Positions 9,335-19,921 of a stretch of DNA of 20,000 nt are shown here, in pieces. The position numbers and the translations under genes were made by a program. The DNA is from Chiloscyllium plagiosum (lineage: Eukaryota). The notes under the pieces were generated by a model. It was not told the DNA's origin, searched no databases, and was given only the letters and a program-made list of their open reading frames with translations. The stretch spans positions 17,837,960 to 17,857,959 of the forward strand of contig NC_057750.1 of NCBI RefSeq assembly GCF_004010195.1. The letters run 5' to 3'. How positions within the stretch are numbered: position 1 is the first letter of the stretch; each line of letters starts with the position of its first letter.

Positions 9335-10140
9335 ATTTTGTTGAAACTTTCCTTGCATTCATCAGGGCAGCCTGCAAGAATTATCAAAGTAAAGGGAATT
9401 ATTATGATTTTTGTCATAACGTTTGTTGAATAACCCTGAGTGTGCAAAGAAGTCTGCTGCCAATCAGTTTTGAACTGCCAGTTGACTCTGCAGCATGAAC
9501 TGGAAGCACCATATATTAATGCACAGATCTATGTTCTTTACAGGGAGAAGGAATGTGCATGCATTCTGCTTGTTTCAAAACAGGTAACAGGAATTTGCAG
9601 GCTTATTTCTCGGGCAGTATTCTAACCAGTCGAGAGTCAAACTGCCTGATTTGAAATCCAAACAAAATCTGACAGTCAACAGTTGACGTATATTAATTGA
9701 TGCATTCTTATGGCAATCCTTCTACTTAATCAGTCCACGTGCCAACGAAGTGGCACTCTGTTCTCTTAAGTATAAATGTTGGCTTTCTCCTTCACTGGTA
9801 TTCTTGCAAATTGCCCTGATCGTGCAAAATTAAAAGTGGGATAGTTCTTACTGTACGATAACTATTCCAGCAAAACAAAGTGAGCCAAACTGCAGAGGCA
9901 CCAACACATCCATAATCTTCTAGGATTATCCGATGAGTGAGTCAGAGGTTAGGCAGATTTGCCTTGGCCAATCAGAGATAATGTGCTTCGTTTAAAATTA
10001 ACTGTTATAATTGTCTGGTGCATTCATCATGACAATGTATCTGCCAATTGGAGTTTGCTGATTTACTGTTTTGATTCCTCTTTGGTATTCATGCAAAATA
10101 TCCTGATGAGTGCATGACTAAAAGCTTTGACCCACTGTCT
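9335..10140 (+). mobile_element. Decayed Penelope-like element: GIY-YIG C-terminal remnant with inverted and direct pseudo-LTR copies
   Basis: ORF 9440-9625 has LEAPYINAQIYVLYREKE (PLE endonuclease C-terminus-like). The motif ttcttgca..tgccctgat occurs inverted at about 9340-9395 and direct at about 9785-9835 and 10080-10135. Confidence 0.6.
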
Positions 10141-10297
10141 TTTATCAGCAAATCTTAAAATAAATTAACTGGCTGTGCTTTGTTTGCACGTGGCACTTGA
10201 GGCAGGATGCCCATTGCACTTACCAAGTCTTTGTCATGACCTGTCTGAGTCTTGCAGTGCACTCCGTAAACAAGGCTTTATTTGTTTTTGGACCCAG

Positions 10298-10401
10298 GAT
10301 TGGAGGGAGCAGTGGATAGAGGATGCATTCTGGCGGTTTCTTTTCTCCGTTTTACTGCTTGTCATAATGTTCTTGTGGAGGCCGTCTACAAATAACCAGA
10401 G
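10298..10401 (+). CDS. TMEM87A-like: TMEM87 exon [34 protein letters not shown](R)
   Basis: tttgtttttggacccAG acceptor; AG|gtatgc donor; 104 nt; last TM helix with the LWRPS.NNQR motif. Confidence 0.95.
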
Positions 10402-10756
10402 GTATGCTCCCTGTTATCCATTGTGCAAGGTCTTGTCACTAGCGCATTGAGTATCTGTACTCCGGGGGGAAAACAAGACCACACAAATATTGATACGGTT
10501 TAACGGGAGATTTAAAAACCTTGCGTGACATTCTGAATTTATTCCCCCCCCCCCCCCGGTTTGCATCAATCTCCACCCTTGATCTACACTGTACCAGAAA
10601 CAAATTCATATTGGAATCAAAATCTGCACAGATTAGAGTTCCTTCACAGTTTAACTGCAAACTGTATAAAGACTTCAATCACTGTTTGAACTGACACCCT
10701 TTCGAATGCACCCAACCAAGTTTTTAAGCTGCCTTCTTCAGTTAGCGATGCATCTC

Positions 10757-11317
10757 ATGATGTTATGGAGGTTTGCAGCATGAAACAGGCTCTTCAGTCC
10801 AACCTGTCCATGCCGCCCGGGTTTTTTTTCAATTTGCCTGCGTTTGGTCCATATCCCTCCATACCTATCCCATCCATGTACCTGTCCAAATGTTTCATAA
10901 ATAACAAAATGGTACTCGCCTCCTCCACTACCCTGTCAGCCCATTCCAGATACTCACCACCCTCTGGGTTAAAAAATTGCCCCACAGGACATTTTTGTAT
11001 CTCTTTCCTCTCACCTTAAACCTGTGCTGTCTAGTTTTAGACTCCTTTACCATGGGGGAGAAACTGTTGGCTATCTACCTTATCTATGCTTCTAATGATT
11101 TTGCAGATCTCTATAAGGTCATCCCTCAGTCTCTTAGGCTCCAGGTGAAAATGTCCCAGCCTATCCAGCTCTCCCCATAACTCAAACCTTCTCGTCCAGG
11201 TAGCGTCCTGGTAAATCTTTTCTGCACTTTTTCTAGTTTGATAATATCCTTTCTATAGTGAGGTGACCAGGACGGCACACAGTACTCCAAATGTGGCCTT
11301 GTCAATGCTCTGATCAG
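10757..11317 (-). mobile_element. CR1 LINE 3' fragment, antisense
   Basis: Reverse complement carries RPHLEYCVPSWSPHYRKDIIKLEKVQKRFTRTLPG and a 3' UTR homologous to 1-818; ORF 10794-10985 contains HLDRYMDGIGMEGYGPNAG. Confidence 0.88.
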
Positions 11318-11319
11318 CG

Positions 11320-11725
11320 TTTGCAGAGGACATTTACCAGAATGTTACCATCGTTAAAGGATTTGGTTCACTGGAGAAAAGAGACATTGGGGTAATCCTT
11401 AAAACCAGAAAGTTTGCATGGAAATCTAATTGAGGGATTTGAAATACTGAAACTAAAACCAAAACTGTTTCCCCTGACAAGGGTCGAACCAGAGTACAGA
11501 TTTAAGGGAAAAGGTCACTGGAGGGAGATGTCCTGAATGTGCTGCTTGAAAGTTTGATGGAAGCAGTTTAAGTGATAACTCCATCAAAGTATTTTGGATA
11601 AACACTTGGAAAGAAATAATTTGCAGAGCTTTTAGGAGAAAACAGGGAGGAAGAGTCGATTGGTTTGCTGTTTGTGAGCTGATGCAGATATGCTGAGTCC
11701 AGTCTTCCATGCTGTGATTTTCTGT
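11320..11725 (+). mobile_element. Older CR1 LINE 3' fragment
   Basis: tgcagaggacatttaccagaatgttacca (VQ.RFTRMLP), aatctaattgagg, aactgtttcccctg, ccatgctgtgat tail. Confidence 0.65.
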
Positions 11726-11777
11726 ACGTGTGAAGTTACAGGTTTCCGTGATATTGCCATCCTTTATTGTTTTGCAG

Positions 11778-11851
11778 ATATTCTTATTCTCCATTGGTAG
11801 ATGAAGTTGATGATGAAGAGGAAGAGGAACAGTTGATCAGTGAGGCTTTTG
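11778..11851 (+). CDS. TMEM87A-like: TMEM87 exon (R)YSYSPLVDEVDDEEEEEQLISEAF
   Basis: ttattgttttgcAG acceptor; G|gtgagt donor; 74 nt; acidic cytoplasmic tail. Confidence 0.92.
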
Positions 11852-13211
11852 GTGAGTTTGGCTGTTAATACGTCAAGGCACACAGGATAAATCTATAGTT
11901 ACTCATTTTCCTTTCATGGCCTTGGTGTCTCAAAGCACCAAAGACCAATGCTGTAATTGATGTAGTTTCTTTTGTAGAGTTGGGAATCATAATATCTTGA
12001 GGTCACAAAAGATGCTGTATAAATGCTGCTGTTACCTTTCTTTAATTTTCTCTTACATTCTTAAAAATTAATGAAATCCGAGGGACTCGCCTAGGAAATA
12101 ACAATATTATGCTAAGTCCTGTTAATTTTGTAACGTCGTCCTTTCTAACTTGGACCAAAATTGGAAAGTCTGTCTACAGTCTAGCCAAGTCGGTAGGATA
12201 CAATTCCATGATTATGACTACAGAAACCACTATCACTGTCCCTGGATATATCCTGTCCCAACAGCAGGGCAGGCTCACCAGAGGTAACCGAACAATGGTA
12301 TACAGTCAGGAATGACCCTGGATGTCCTCAACATTTGCTCTGGACCCCACAACGTCTTACATCTTCAGGTCAAACATGGGTAAGACAACATACTGTCACA
12401 TGCTGTTGCTCTGCACCCCTTTCCAAAGTTGATGAATTAATACTCCTCTACGTTGAACACCCTTTGGAGACATCTTTGAGGAGGAAAGGTCACAGAATGT
12501 ACTTTGGGTGGGGGACTTCAGTATTCATCTCCAAGTTGGCCCAACTGATCAAGCTGTTTGAGTCTGAAAGAACCTATCTGCTAGACCTGGCCTATGGCAG
12601 GTGATGAGCGAAGTGTATTCTTGATCTCATCCTCACCAGTCTACGTAGCAGATCCTACTATCATGAGAGTGCTGGTGAAAGTGATCATTACACAATCTTT
12701 GTCGCGATAAAGTACTGCCTTCACAATGATAATGCATCATGTTGTATTGCATTATCACTATGCTAAATGGGACGGACTTCAAACAGATTTGACAACTCAA
12801 AACGGAGCATCCACGATGCAGTGCAAGTCATAAGAACTTGCAACCTCACAACCCAGCAGATCACTGTTCTGCCGTTACCACGAAGCTGGGAGATCAGCTC
12901 TGGTTGAATGAAGGGAACAGGTGGGCATATCAAGAGCAGCAGCAAGCATTCCTAAAACTGAGGCAAGCTGGGGAAACTACAGCACTGCAAAGGCTAAGGA
13001 CCCTGAAAGCATAATATGAAAGGCTTTGTACTTAACAACTGTTTGTGCCCCTTATTAAACTGTTCCATCATCTTGATTTAGACCTGTGTCACCATTCCTT
13101 CCCTATCCATGTGTCAAAATCTTGCATCTCCCTTGCATCATTCCAACAATGTGGAAAATTGTTCAGGTGTGTCCTTTCTGCAAAAATACAGGACAAATCC
13201 AAAGTGGCCAG

Positions 13212-13824
13212 TGTTACGGACCAGGCTAGATTCCTCAAAACATTTCAAGAATGTAACCCAGACCCTAACTTTGCTCGTTGTTTTCAGCAGGTGTAGAGTG
13301 GATATTCCAGGAGAGATGCAGCTGGACCAACCACTTAGTTTCAAACAAAACAGAATTTATTGACAAGATTACTGAATGAAACAAACAAAAGAGAACTGAA
13401 TAACTTAAACTGTCTGAAAACCCAGCAGATCATCCCAACTTAATGATGCTGTTCCAAATACTTGCAACAATCCCCATAAACCCCCCTGGGCACAAAAAGT
13501 TAAATCAAACATGGTCTTGAAGGAGAGATGTGAGAGAGTACCAACATAGATCTTCTTCTTTCGGTCCAGCAGCCTCAGAACACTACTGTGCTAAAACCAG
13601 AGAAAAGCTGAGCTGGGAGAAGTGGCCGCTCCCCTTTCATTGTACAAATGTGTTTTTTTTTAACTTGAAAGCCTTCTACCTGAAGGTAGTAGTATCTGTT
13701 AGCTATGATCAAATTAGCTCTTAAACCCTTCACAGACTCCGAAAAGTCTAAGTTGTCTTTTATTACCTCCCTGAAAGAAACCAAAGGGCAATGTAACCTT
13801 GTTTAAAGGAGCAGCATCATCTCA
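13212..13824 (-). mobile_element. Probable solo LTR (613 bp) of an LTR retrotransposon
   Basis: Starts TGTTAC and ends CA; flanked by gccag (13207-13211) and accag (13825-13829); splits a contiguous LINE coding motif; AATAAA on the minus strand at 13356-13361. Confidence 0.7.
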
Positions 13825-13878
13825 ACCAGTACTGCCCTCAAGTCTAATCGATCATCAGTAAAGTCACAGAAGAAGTAT

Positions 13879-14206
13879 TTAGATTAGATTAGATTAGATT
13901 ACTTAGTGTGGCTCAGGCCCTTCCGCCCAACAAGTCCACACTGATGCCTCTGAAGAGCAACCACCCAGACCCATTCTCCTACATTTACTACTTCACCTAA
14001 CACTGCAGGCAATTTAGCATGGCCAATTCACCCTTACCTGCACATTTTTTGGACTGTGGGAGGAAACTGGAGAACTCGGAGGAAACCCACGCAGACACGG
14101 GGAGAATGTGCAAACTCCACACAGACAGTCGCCTGAGGCGTGAATTGAACCCGGGTCTCTGACGCTGTGAAGCCGCAGTGCTAACCACTGAGCCACCATG
14201 CCGCCC
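13879..14206 (-). mobile_element. HE1-like tRNA-derived V-SINE, near full length
   Basis: Minus strand reads gggcggcatggtggctcagtggttagcact (A box), ggttcaattc (B box), V-domain tgtgtggagtttgcacattctccccgtgtctgcgtgggtttcctcc, a CR1-like 3' tail and (aatct)n. Confidence 0.9.
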
Positions 14207-14229
14207 AGGTAATCACTAATGCAGTGGCA

Positions 14230-14338
14230 ATTGCAGAGAAATAAACTACTTCCAGACATTCTGAGGAAGGGTCACTCTGATTTCCATCAACAGATGCTGC
14301 CAGACCTGTTGAGCTTTTCAAGCAACATCTGTTTCTGA
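14230..14338 (+). mobile_element. Penelope-like pseudo-LTR fragment
   Basis: ctgaggaagggtcact...cagatgctgccagacctgttgagcttttcaagcaac; reverse-complement homologous to 16335-16407 plus 17535-17552. Confidence 0.6.
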
Positions 14339-14629
14339 CATTCAGTTTGTGTTCTGCGAGGGCCATTGGGCTCTTTACCTCATTACAGCCTTGATTCAAA
14401 TGCAGACAAAAGATAAATTCCAGTGTAGAGGGGCCAGTCATGACCCTGTCAGCAAGACTGCATTTGACTGAATGTGGCATCAAGGGCCCTAGCAGAGCGA
14501 GAGTCAGTAGGAATCTAGGGAAAATTGTTCACGAGTTGAAATCCTATCGAGGACAAAGGACAATGATTGTGGCTATTGGAGGTCATTCATTTTAGTAGAA
14601 GGACTGCAGGAGTTGCTCAGGGTGTGTTC

Positions 14630-14935
14630 TTTTTTAATTCATTCAGAGGATGTGGACATTGCTGCCCAGGCCAGCATTTACTGCCAAGCCCTAGGGGGGC
14701 AATAAAAAGTCAACCACTGGGTCAGCAGTAACAGGTAAAACAGATAAGGGCAGCGGAATTTCTTCACTACAGTGAACTGGAGTAGTGAATCAAGTGGGTT
14801 TTTCCAACAATCAGCAACAGTTTCATGGTCATTATTAGACTGTTAGTTCCAGATTTTTCTTGAATTCAGTTTCCACTGACTGCCATGGTGGGATTTGAAC
14901 TTGGGTTCTCAGAAACATTGCGTTGGTCTCTGGAT
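14630..14935 (-). mobile_element. tRNA-derived SINE with conserved central domain and LINE-derived tail
   Basis: Minus strand has a B-box-like caagttcaaatcccacc, then aatctggaactaa and aaaacccacttgattcacta; inverted homolog of 18073-18360. Confidence 0.7.
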
Positions 14936-15287
14936 TGTCTTACAATAGTGAGAACACTTGAATTGTTCATTACCAGTGAAGTACTTTTTGGACATTAAGG
15001 GCTTGGAAAGGGTTCTAGGGTGTAAGTCTTTAATTTTCAATCATGGTGTGTCCATGAAATGCAATGCCTAACAAATAACCCTCACTGCCAGTTACTAATG
15101 AGATTGCTAAGCAATTACATGTTTGAAATGATTTGCTCACGACTGTTGATTTACCCAAGAGGGACAACAGTTCATAAATTTAAGCTGTTGAGTATGGTTT
15201 CTGCATTGCGTACAACACATTACTCTGCGTTCACTATCTTCAATTCTTTGGCACCATTAATGCTTTAATTATTTCTTCTATCTTCAG

Positions 15288-15349
15288 AGGGAATGAAGAT
15301 AAGACCCATAAAATCAGAGTCTAATGGCACAGTCAAACCCAACAAAATG
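15288..15349 (+). CDS. TMEM87A-like: TMEM87 exon (E)GMKIRPIKSESNGTVKPNKM
   Basis: atttcttctatcttcAG acceptor; ATG|gtgagt donor; 62 nt, phase 1 to 0. Confidence 0.92.
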
Positions 15350-16334
15350 GTGAGTGAGTTTTCATTGTTGCTACCCAGTGCAAAAAACTTTTGCTTTATC
15401 AGCTTGACCTTTGCTGTTGGTGTTCTCCCTTTGAGACAACTTCAGACTTTAACACTGCTTGCTTGTAACTCAAGGGGGAAAAAAAAACATGGTTAGTCCA
15501 TTTTAACTATATGAAATCTTGGGACCACTATTCTGAGAATTGGTGACAACAGCATCATGTTGAATCTGTGCATGTGTCCACCAGTCTCTGTGAGCTTAAT
15601 GTTTCCAATTGAGTGTAAAAGGAATCAATCTGCACAGTTTCTGTGGGTGAATGCAAAACAGTGAGTGTGCTCCTGATATTCCACCATTTGGGGGCAAGAC
15701 TTCCTCTGTTCACTATGCATTAGCGAGGTAAATGTGGGGTTAAAAAGAAATGTTCTTTATTTTCTTATTTTGAAATAAATTAAAATGCTAATTCAAACAC
15801 AGACATTCTTAGGATTTCTTAGAAAATAAGATTCAGCCAAAATCTTCCTGTGCTGCCTGTAATGCTTTTAATATGCAGTTCTGGAGCATGCCTCATCTGC
15901 CCTCTCCATCATCAAACACTTAAGTCTATTTGTGACAATATACCATTATTGATCCAGCTTTTCCACGTTGATAATTCAAACCTGTATTAGTGTAAATAGG
16001 CTCAGTGGCTACACAGGTACAGCCATTCCTGAACTTTAAGAAGGCACTGTTACTTTTGCAAGATTGATGATGATGATTTGGTGCTTATTAGGCTGGCCAG
16101 CTTACAAATAGCTGAAGCCAGGGAGCTGTGAAAAAAGCATAGGGGAGCAAACAGTCTGTTCAGTTGGGCCTATTTGTTGCTCTGGGTACCTTCACATCCT
16201 GGATCTTGGTGTTACTCCCTGCAACCTGCCACACTACAGAGACTAGCATCCGTACAGAAATGTCAATCAGATGGAAAATAGCTACCAGTTCAATTTCCAT
16301 GTTAAAACACAACATTGGATTATCAAGTAAAATA

Positions 16335-16407
16335 AAACCAAGAACTACTGATGCTGGAAATCTGAAAGAAAAACAGGTTGCTGGAGAAACAGCAGGTCTG
16401 GCAACAT
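16335..16407 (-). mobile_element. Penelope-like fragment, left half (split by the CR1 at 16408-17532; continues at 17533-17585)
   Basis: gatgctggaaatctgaaa...gctggagaaacagcaggtctggcaacat matches the reverse complement of 14283-14337. Confidence 0.6.
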
Positions 16408-17532
16408 AGTTCAGTAAGGCATTCGACAAAGTTCTGCATGGTAGACTGGCTAGCAAAGTTACAGCAGTGGAATCTAGGGAGAGCTAGCCATTTGAATACA
16501 AAATTGGCTTGAAGTTATTATGGAGTGTTGCTTTTCAAACTGGAGGCCTGTCCCCAGTGATGTGCCTCAAGGATTGATGCTGGGTCCACTGCTTTTTGTC
16601 ATTTATATAAACGATTTGGATGTGAACATAGTATGTATAGTTAGTAAGTTTGCAGATGACCACAAAATTGGTGGTGTAGTGGACAGTGAAGAAGGGTATC
16701 TCAGAGTACAATTGGACATTGATCAAATGGGCCAAGGAGTGGCAGACGGAGTTTAATTTAGGTAAATGAGAGGTGTTGCATTTTGGAAAGGCAAATCAGG
16801 GTAGGATTTTTATACGAAATGGTCAACTCATTGGGCATTCTGCTGAACTGAAAGGCCTTGGGATGCAGGTTCATAGTTCCTAGAGGTGGCGTTGCAGGTG
16901 AACAGGCTAGTGAAGAAAGTGTTTGTCTTTATTGGTTAGTACATTGAGGATAGGAGTTGGACGTCATGTTGCAGCTGTACAGGATATTGGTTAGGCCATT
17001 TTAGGAGCAGAGTTCAATTCTGGTCTCCCTGCTATAGGAAAGATGTTGTTCAACTTAAAAGGGTACGGAAGCGATTTACAAACATGTTGCTGGGACAGTG
17101 GAGTGTTTGAGCTATAGAGAGTGGCTGAACATGCTGGGACTATATTCCCTGGAGAGGTGGATGCTGAAGGGTGACCTTTATAGAGGTTTATAAAATTATG
17201 AGGCACATAGAAAGAATAAATAGGCAAGGTCTTTTTCCCAGGATAGCGGAGTCCAAAAGTAGAGGGTATAGGTTTTTAATGAGAGGGAAGAGATTTAAAA
17301 GGGACCTGAGGGGCAAAGTTTTCACTCACACGGTGGTGCGAGTATGGAATGATCTGGCAGAGGAAGTGGTGGAGGCTGATACAATTACAGCATTTTAAAA
17401 GGCATCTGGATGGGAATATGAATAGGAAGGGTTTAGAGGGATATGAGTTAAATGCTGGGTGAGATTAATTTCGGATATCCGGTCGGAATGGACGAGTTGG
17501 GCCAAAGAGTTCTCTCCATGCTCTACAACTCT
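16408..17532 (+). mobile_element. 5'-truncated CR1 LINE, RT domain to 3' UTR, frameshifted
   Basis: FSKAFDKV, VPQGLMLGPLLFVIYINDLD, KFADD catalytic motif (ORF 16520-16756), IEVYKIMR...RVWN (ORF 17171-17398), 3' UTR like 1-818. Confidence 0.93.
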
Positions 17533-17858
17533 GTCTGAGGAGAGAGCAGAGTTGAAGTTTCGGATTCAGTGAAGTGTTCTGAAGCCTCCAACTATATCTG
17601 TTTTTGGAGTATCAGATGGTGTCCTGGATTGGAGAGGAATTTCTTGGGGTTTTCTCTGTATTGCCAGACTTAGGAAGACGCGTGATTTTGAAAATGGTGG
17701 AGAGAATGTATACATAAACTATCCGAGCTATGTAGAACGTGCTGGCTGAGCTGAAAGACCTTTTTGTTGTTGTAGCCAAACCGATGTAATTGGTGAGCTA
17801 ATGGGAAGTAAAGATTGCTGACCCCTGTGCTGTAACATGAATATTTGGAATTTTGCAG

Positions 17859-17911
17859 GATGAAGACCTCAAGTGGGTCGAAGAGAATATCCCAGCCTCA
17901 CTGACTGATGT
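17859..17911 (+). CDS. TMEM87A-like: TMEM87 exon DEDLKWVEENIPASLTD(V)
   Basis: ttttgcAG acceptor; GT|gtaagt donor; 53 nt; DLKWVEEN motif of the TMEM87 C-terminus. Confidence 0.94.
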
Positions 17912-18072
17912 GTAAGTCTCTCGAAGCTGATATCCCCACTCCTCCCCAACTGTCCCACCTCTGGTGTTTTGCGATTTCAGAGGGTTACCCATGTTTCTGC
18001 AGTTAATCTTTTGAGTCCAATATGACTGTTCAGAACAGCTTAGTTTCTTCAGCCTGTTCTGGAAACATAGTT

Positions 18073-18360
18073 GAGTCCCACCATAGCAGATTTCAGTTCA
18101 ATAAAATCTGGAATTAAAAGCTGGCTGTTAGAAAGCTAATGCCAACTCTCTAACCTCTGATAATTGTCGTAGAAATCAATCTGGTTTTACTGATGTCTGT
18201 TTAGGGAAGGAAATCTGCCGTCCTCACTTGGTCTGAACTGCGTGTGACTCCAGAGCCACAGCAATATGGTAGACTCCTAACTCTGTGAGAGGGCCTGACC
18301 AGTTGAAGGGTGGGCATCAAATACCAATCCCTGCAATCTTTGGAAGAATAAAGAGGAAAC
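18073..18360 (+). mobile_element. tRNA-derived SINE (same family as 14630-14935)
   Basis: gagtcccaccatagcaga...aataaaatctggaattaaaag...tttagggaaggaaatctgccgtcctcac...gtgactccagagccacagcaat. Confidence 0.7.
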
Positions 18361-18369
18361 ATAAATCAA

Positions 18370-18622
18370 GGCTGACCCACAAAAGTCGCACAGAGGGAGC
18401 ATTCTGGGGTGTCTGGTCTGAGATGTTAAACCAGGACCCTGTTTGCCACTGTGGGTGTTCTCCTTGATATTTATCTCTCAACCCAACTCATCGCTGATTG
18501 TTGGAGTTAAGATTGTGTGTAGTGTTCCCAGTATTACACTACTGATTACACTCGGAAAAATACTTAATTAATTAGCTAGGAATCTGAGGTCATAAAAGGC
18601 GTTATATAAATGCGTTGCTTTT
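18370..18622 (+). mobile_element. Decayed Deu-domain SINE (SacSINE1-like, tentative)
   Basis: gagggagca...tgagatgttaaaccaggaccctgt...atatttatctctcaacc...ctgaggtcataaaaggcgttatataaatgc resembles the recalled DeuSINE body and tail; related tails at about 11995-12040 and 14940-15030. Confidence 0.55.
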
Positions 18623-19315
18623 ACCGTGGCCAGCTATAAGGAGGTCTGAGTCCAAAGAATGGTTTTATTGCTGTTTCTTCATATGAATTTTAAATTTACA
18701 GACTCTCCTGCCTGGTTTAGTGGTAATGTACTCATTTTAAACTGACCCTACAGATTGAGCAGTGCCTATTACAGCATTGTGTGCACATTGGTTCTAACCA
18801 GTGTAGATCTCAGCTGTATAGACACGAAGGCCTCTGGTTTTAATGCTAATTTTTGTACAGTTGTCTGATCTCAATGTTGTTGAGATGTCGGCATAGATCT
18901 CTGTATCCTTGGATATGGAGAAGAAAAATTAACCAAGTGTTCTAGTCCAGGTTGCTGAACAGTACAGAAGATGCATGTATATGAACAGGATTGGACTCGA
19001 CTGTGATGCCAACCACAGTCAAATAGCCTGCATTGTTCTGTCCAAAATGGGCATTTAGTACTTTGTCGTGATGCTCCACTGTGCCCATGCCTTTACAACA
19101 CCATCTGAAATGCTGGATGTTATTCAGGTTGTAACTTCCTAGGTTGACAGACATTATACATTTCGACCAAATTTCCATGAAGACAAAGGAAAGAGTTCTC
19201 CACTTTAACAAGGGATTGATTAGTCTGTTATTTCTCTACAACTAGATTGTGGAAAAGGTGGCTTGTGGGCCAGAATGTAGTGCACAGAGATTGTGTCTCT
19301 AGCCCCAGAGACTTG

Positions 19316-19503
19316 GTCGAGAGTGTGCTGCTGGAAAAGCACAGCAAGCCAGGCAGCATCCGAGAAGCAAGAGAATCAACGATCAGGAAGGGCTTATCCT
19401 GAAGCGTCGATTCTCCTGCTCCTCGGATGCTGCCTGACCTGCTGTACTTTCCCAGCAGCACACTCTCGACTCTGATCTCCAGCATCTGCAGTCCTCACTT
19501 TCT
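19316..19503. mobile_element. Non-autonomous fold-back Penelope-like element with a 15-bp TSD (14/15)
   Basis: About 66-bp inverted arms spanning 19316-19470; flanks cccagagacttggtc (19304-19318) and cccagagagttggtc (19504-19518); same family as 3686-3846. Confidence 0.82.
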
Positions 19504-19921
19504 CCCAGAGAGTTGGTCCATGATATGCAGAAGAATGGACAAGAAAGTAGATTTGAATACTGCTGGAGAGTTGCTTCTCCAATCACAGGCTGCTGGCTCC
19601 CTGCATTTGCCAATGACGCGCTCCTTTAGCAGTCAGCGCGGAGCCTAAGATAGCAGACTGTTTTGGGCAGTGATAAGGAGCAGGACTGACAGCACCAATG
19701 TCTGTCTGGGCCAGCTTGGGCAAGGTGGACTGACAATACATCCCAGTGTCCAGTGCAGTGAAAGAATCAAGCTGTGCAGACCCCGAGGTGGAGAACGGGA
19801 GTGAACAAGTTGAGGCAGGACAGTAAGTTCGGGACGGCTGGTTTAGTGAGAGTTTGGGAGGAGTGATGGACTGCAGGATGGGGGGAGCCTGGGACATGTG
19901 GTGGAGAGAGAGAGGGGACGC

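Larger units (their letters stand above)
12080..14630 (+). mobile_element. Long decayed L2/CR1-group LINE (APE endonuclease to RT), interrupted by three nested insertions
   Basis: Endonuclease remnants TTITVPGYILS, VEHPLE and VLWVGDF (12220-12540). PTMWKIVQVCP...QDKS at 13140-13210 resumes as tactgccc..agtcta..tcgatcatcagtaaag after 13829. RT remnants QF.F..GH, AFD*MWHQG and GVAQG at 14342-14625. Confidence 0.75.
1505..17911 (+). other. TMEM87A-like: Partial multi-exon gene span, TMEM87 family (TMEM87A-like; GOST/lung seven-TM domain C-terminal half and cytoplasmic tail)
   Basis: Seven exons with canonical U2 or U12 boundaries join in consistent phases (0,1,0,2,1,0; last exon ends in phase 2) into 533 nt of open frame. 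Motifs match recalled TMEM87 proteins: [34 protein letters not shown](I/V)P. Paralog assignment (A vs B vs other) is unresolved. Confidence 0.93.

Noticed and set aside
14140..14206. tRNA-like sequence with A and B boxes on the minus strand
   Set aside because: It is the head of an HE1-like SINE that continues into a V-domain and tail; not a tRNA gene.
16065..16118. ATGATGA...CTGA resembling a C/D box snoRNA
   Set aside because: Short, C-box is part of a (gat)n run, no terminal stem or recognisable guide.
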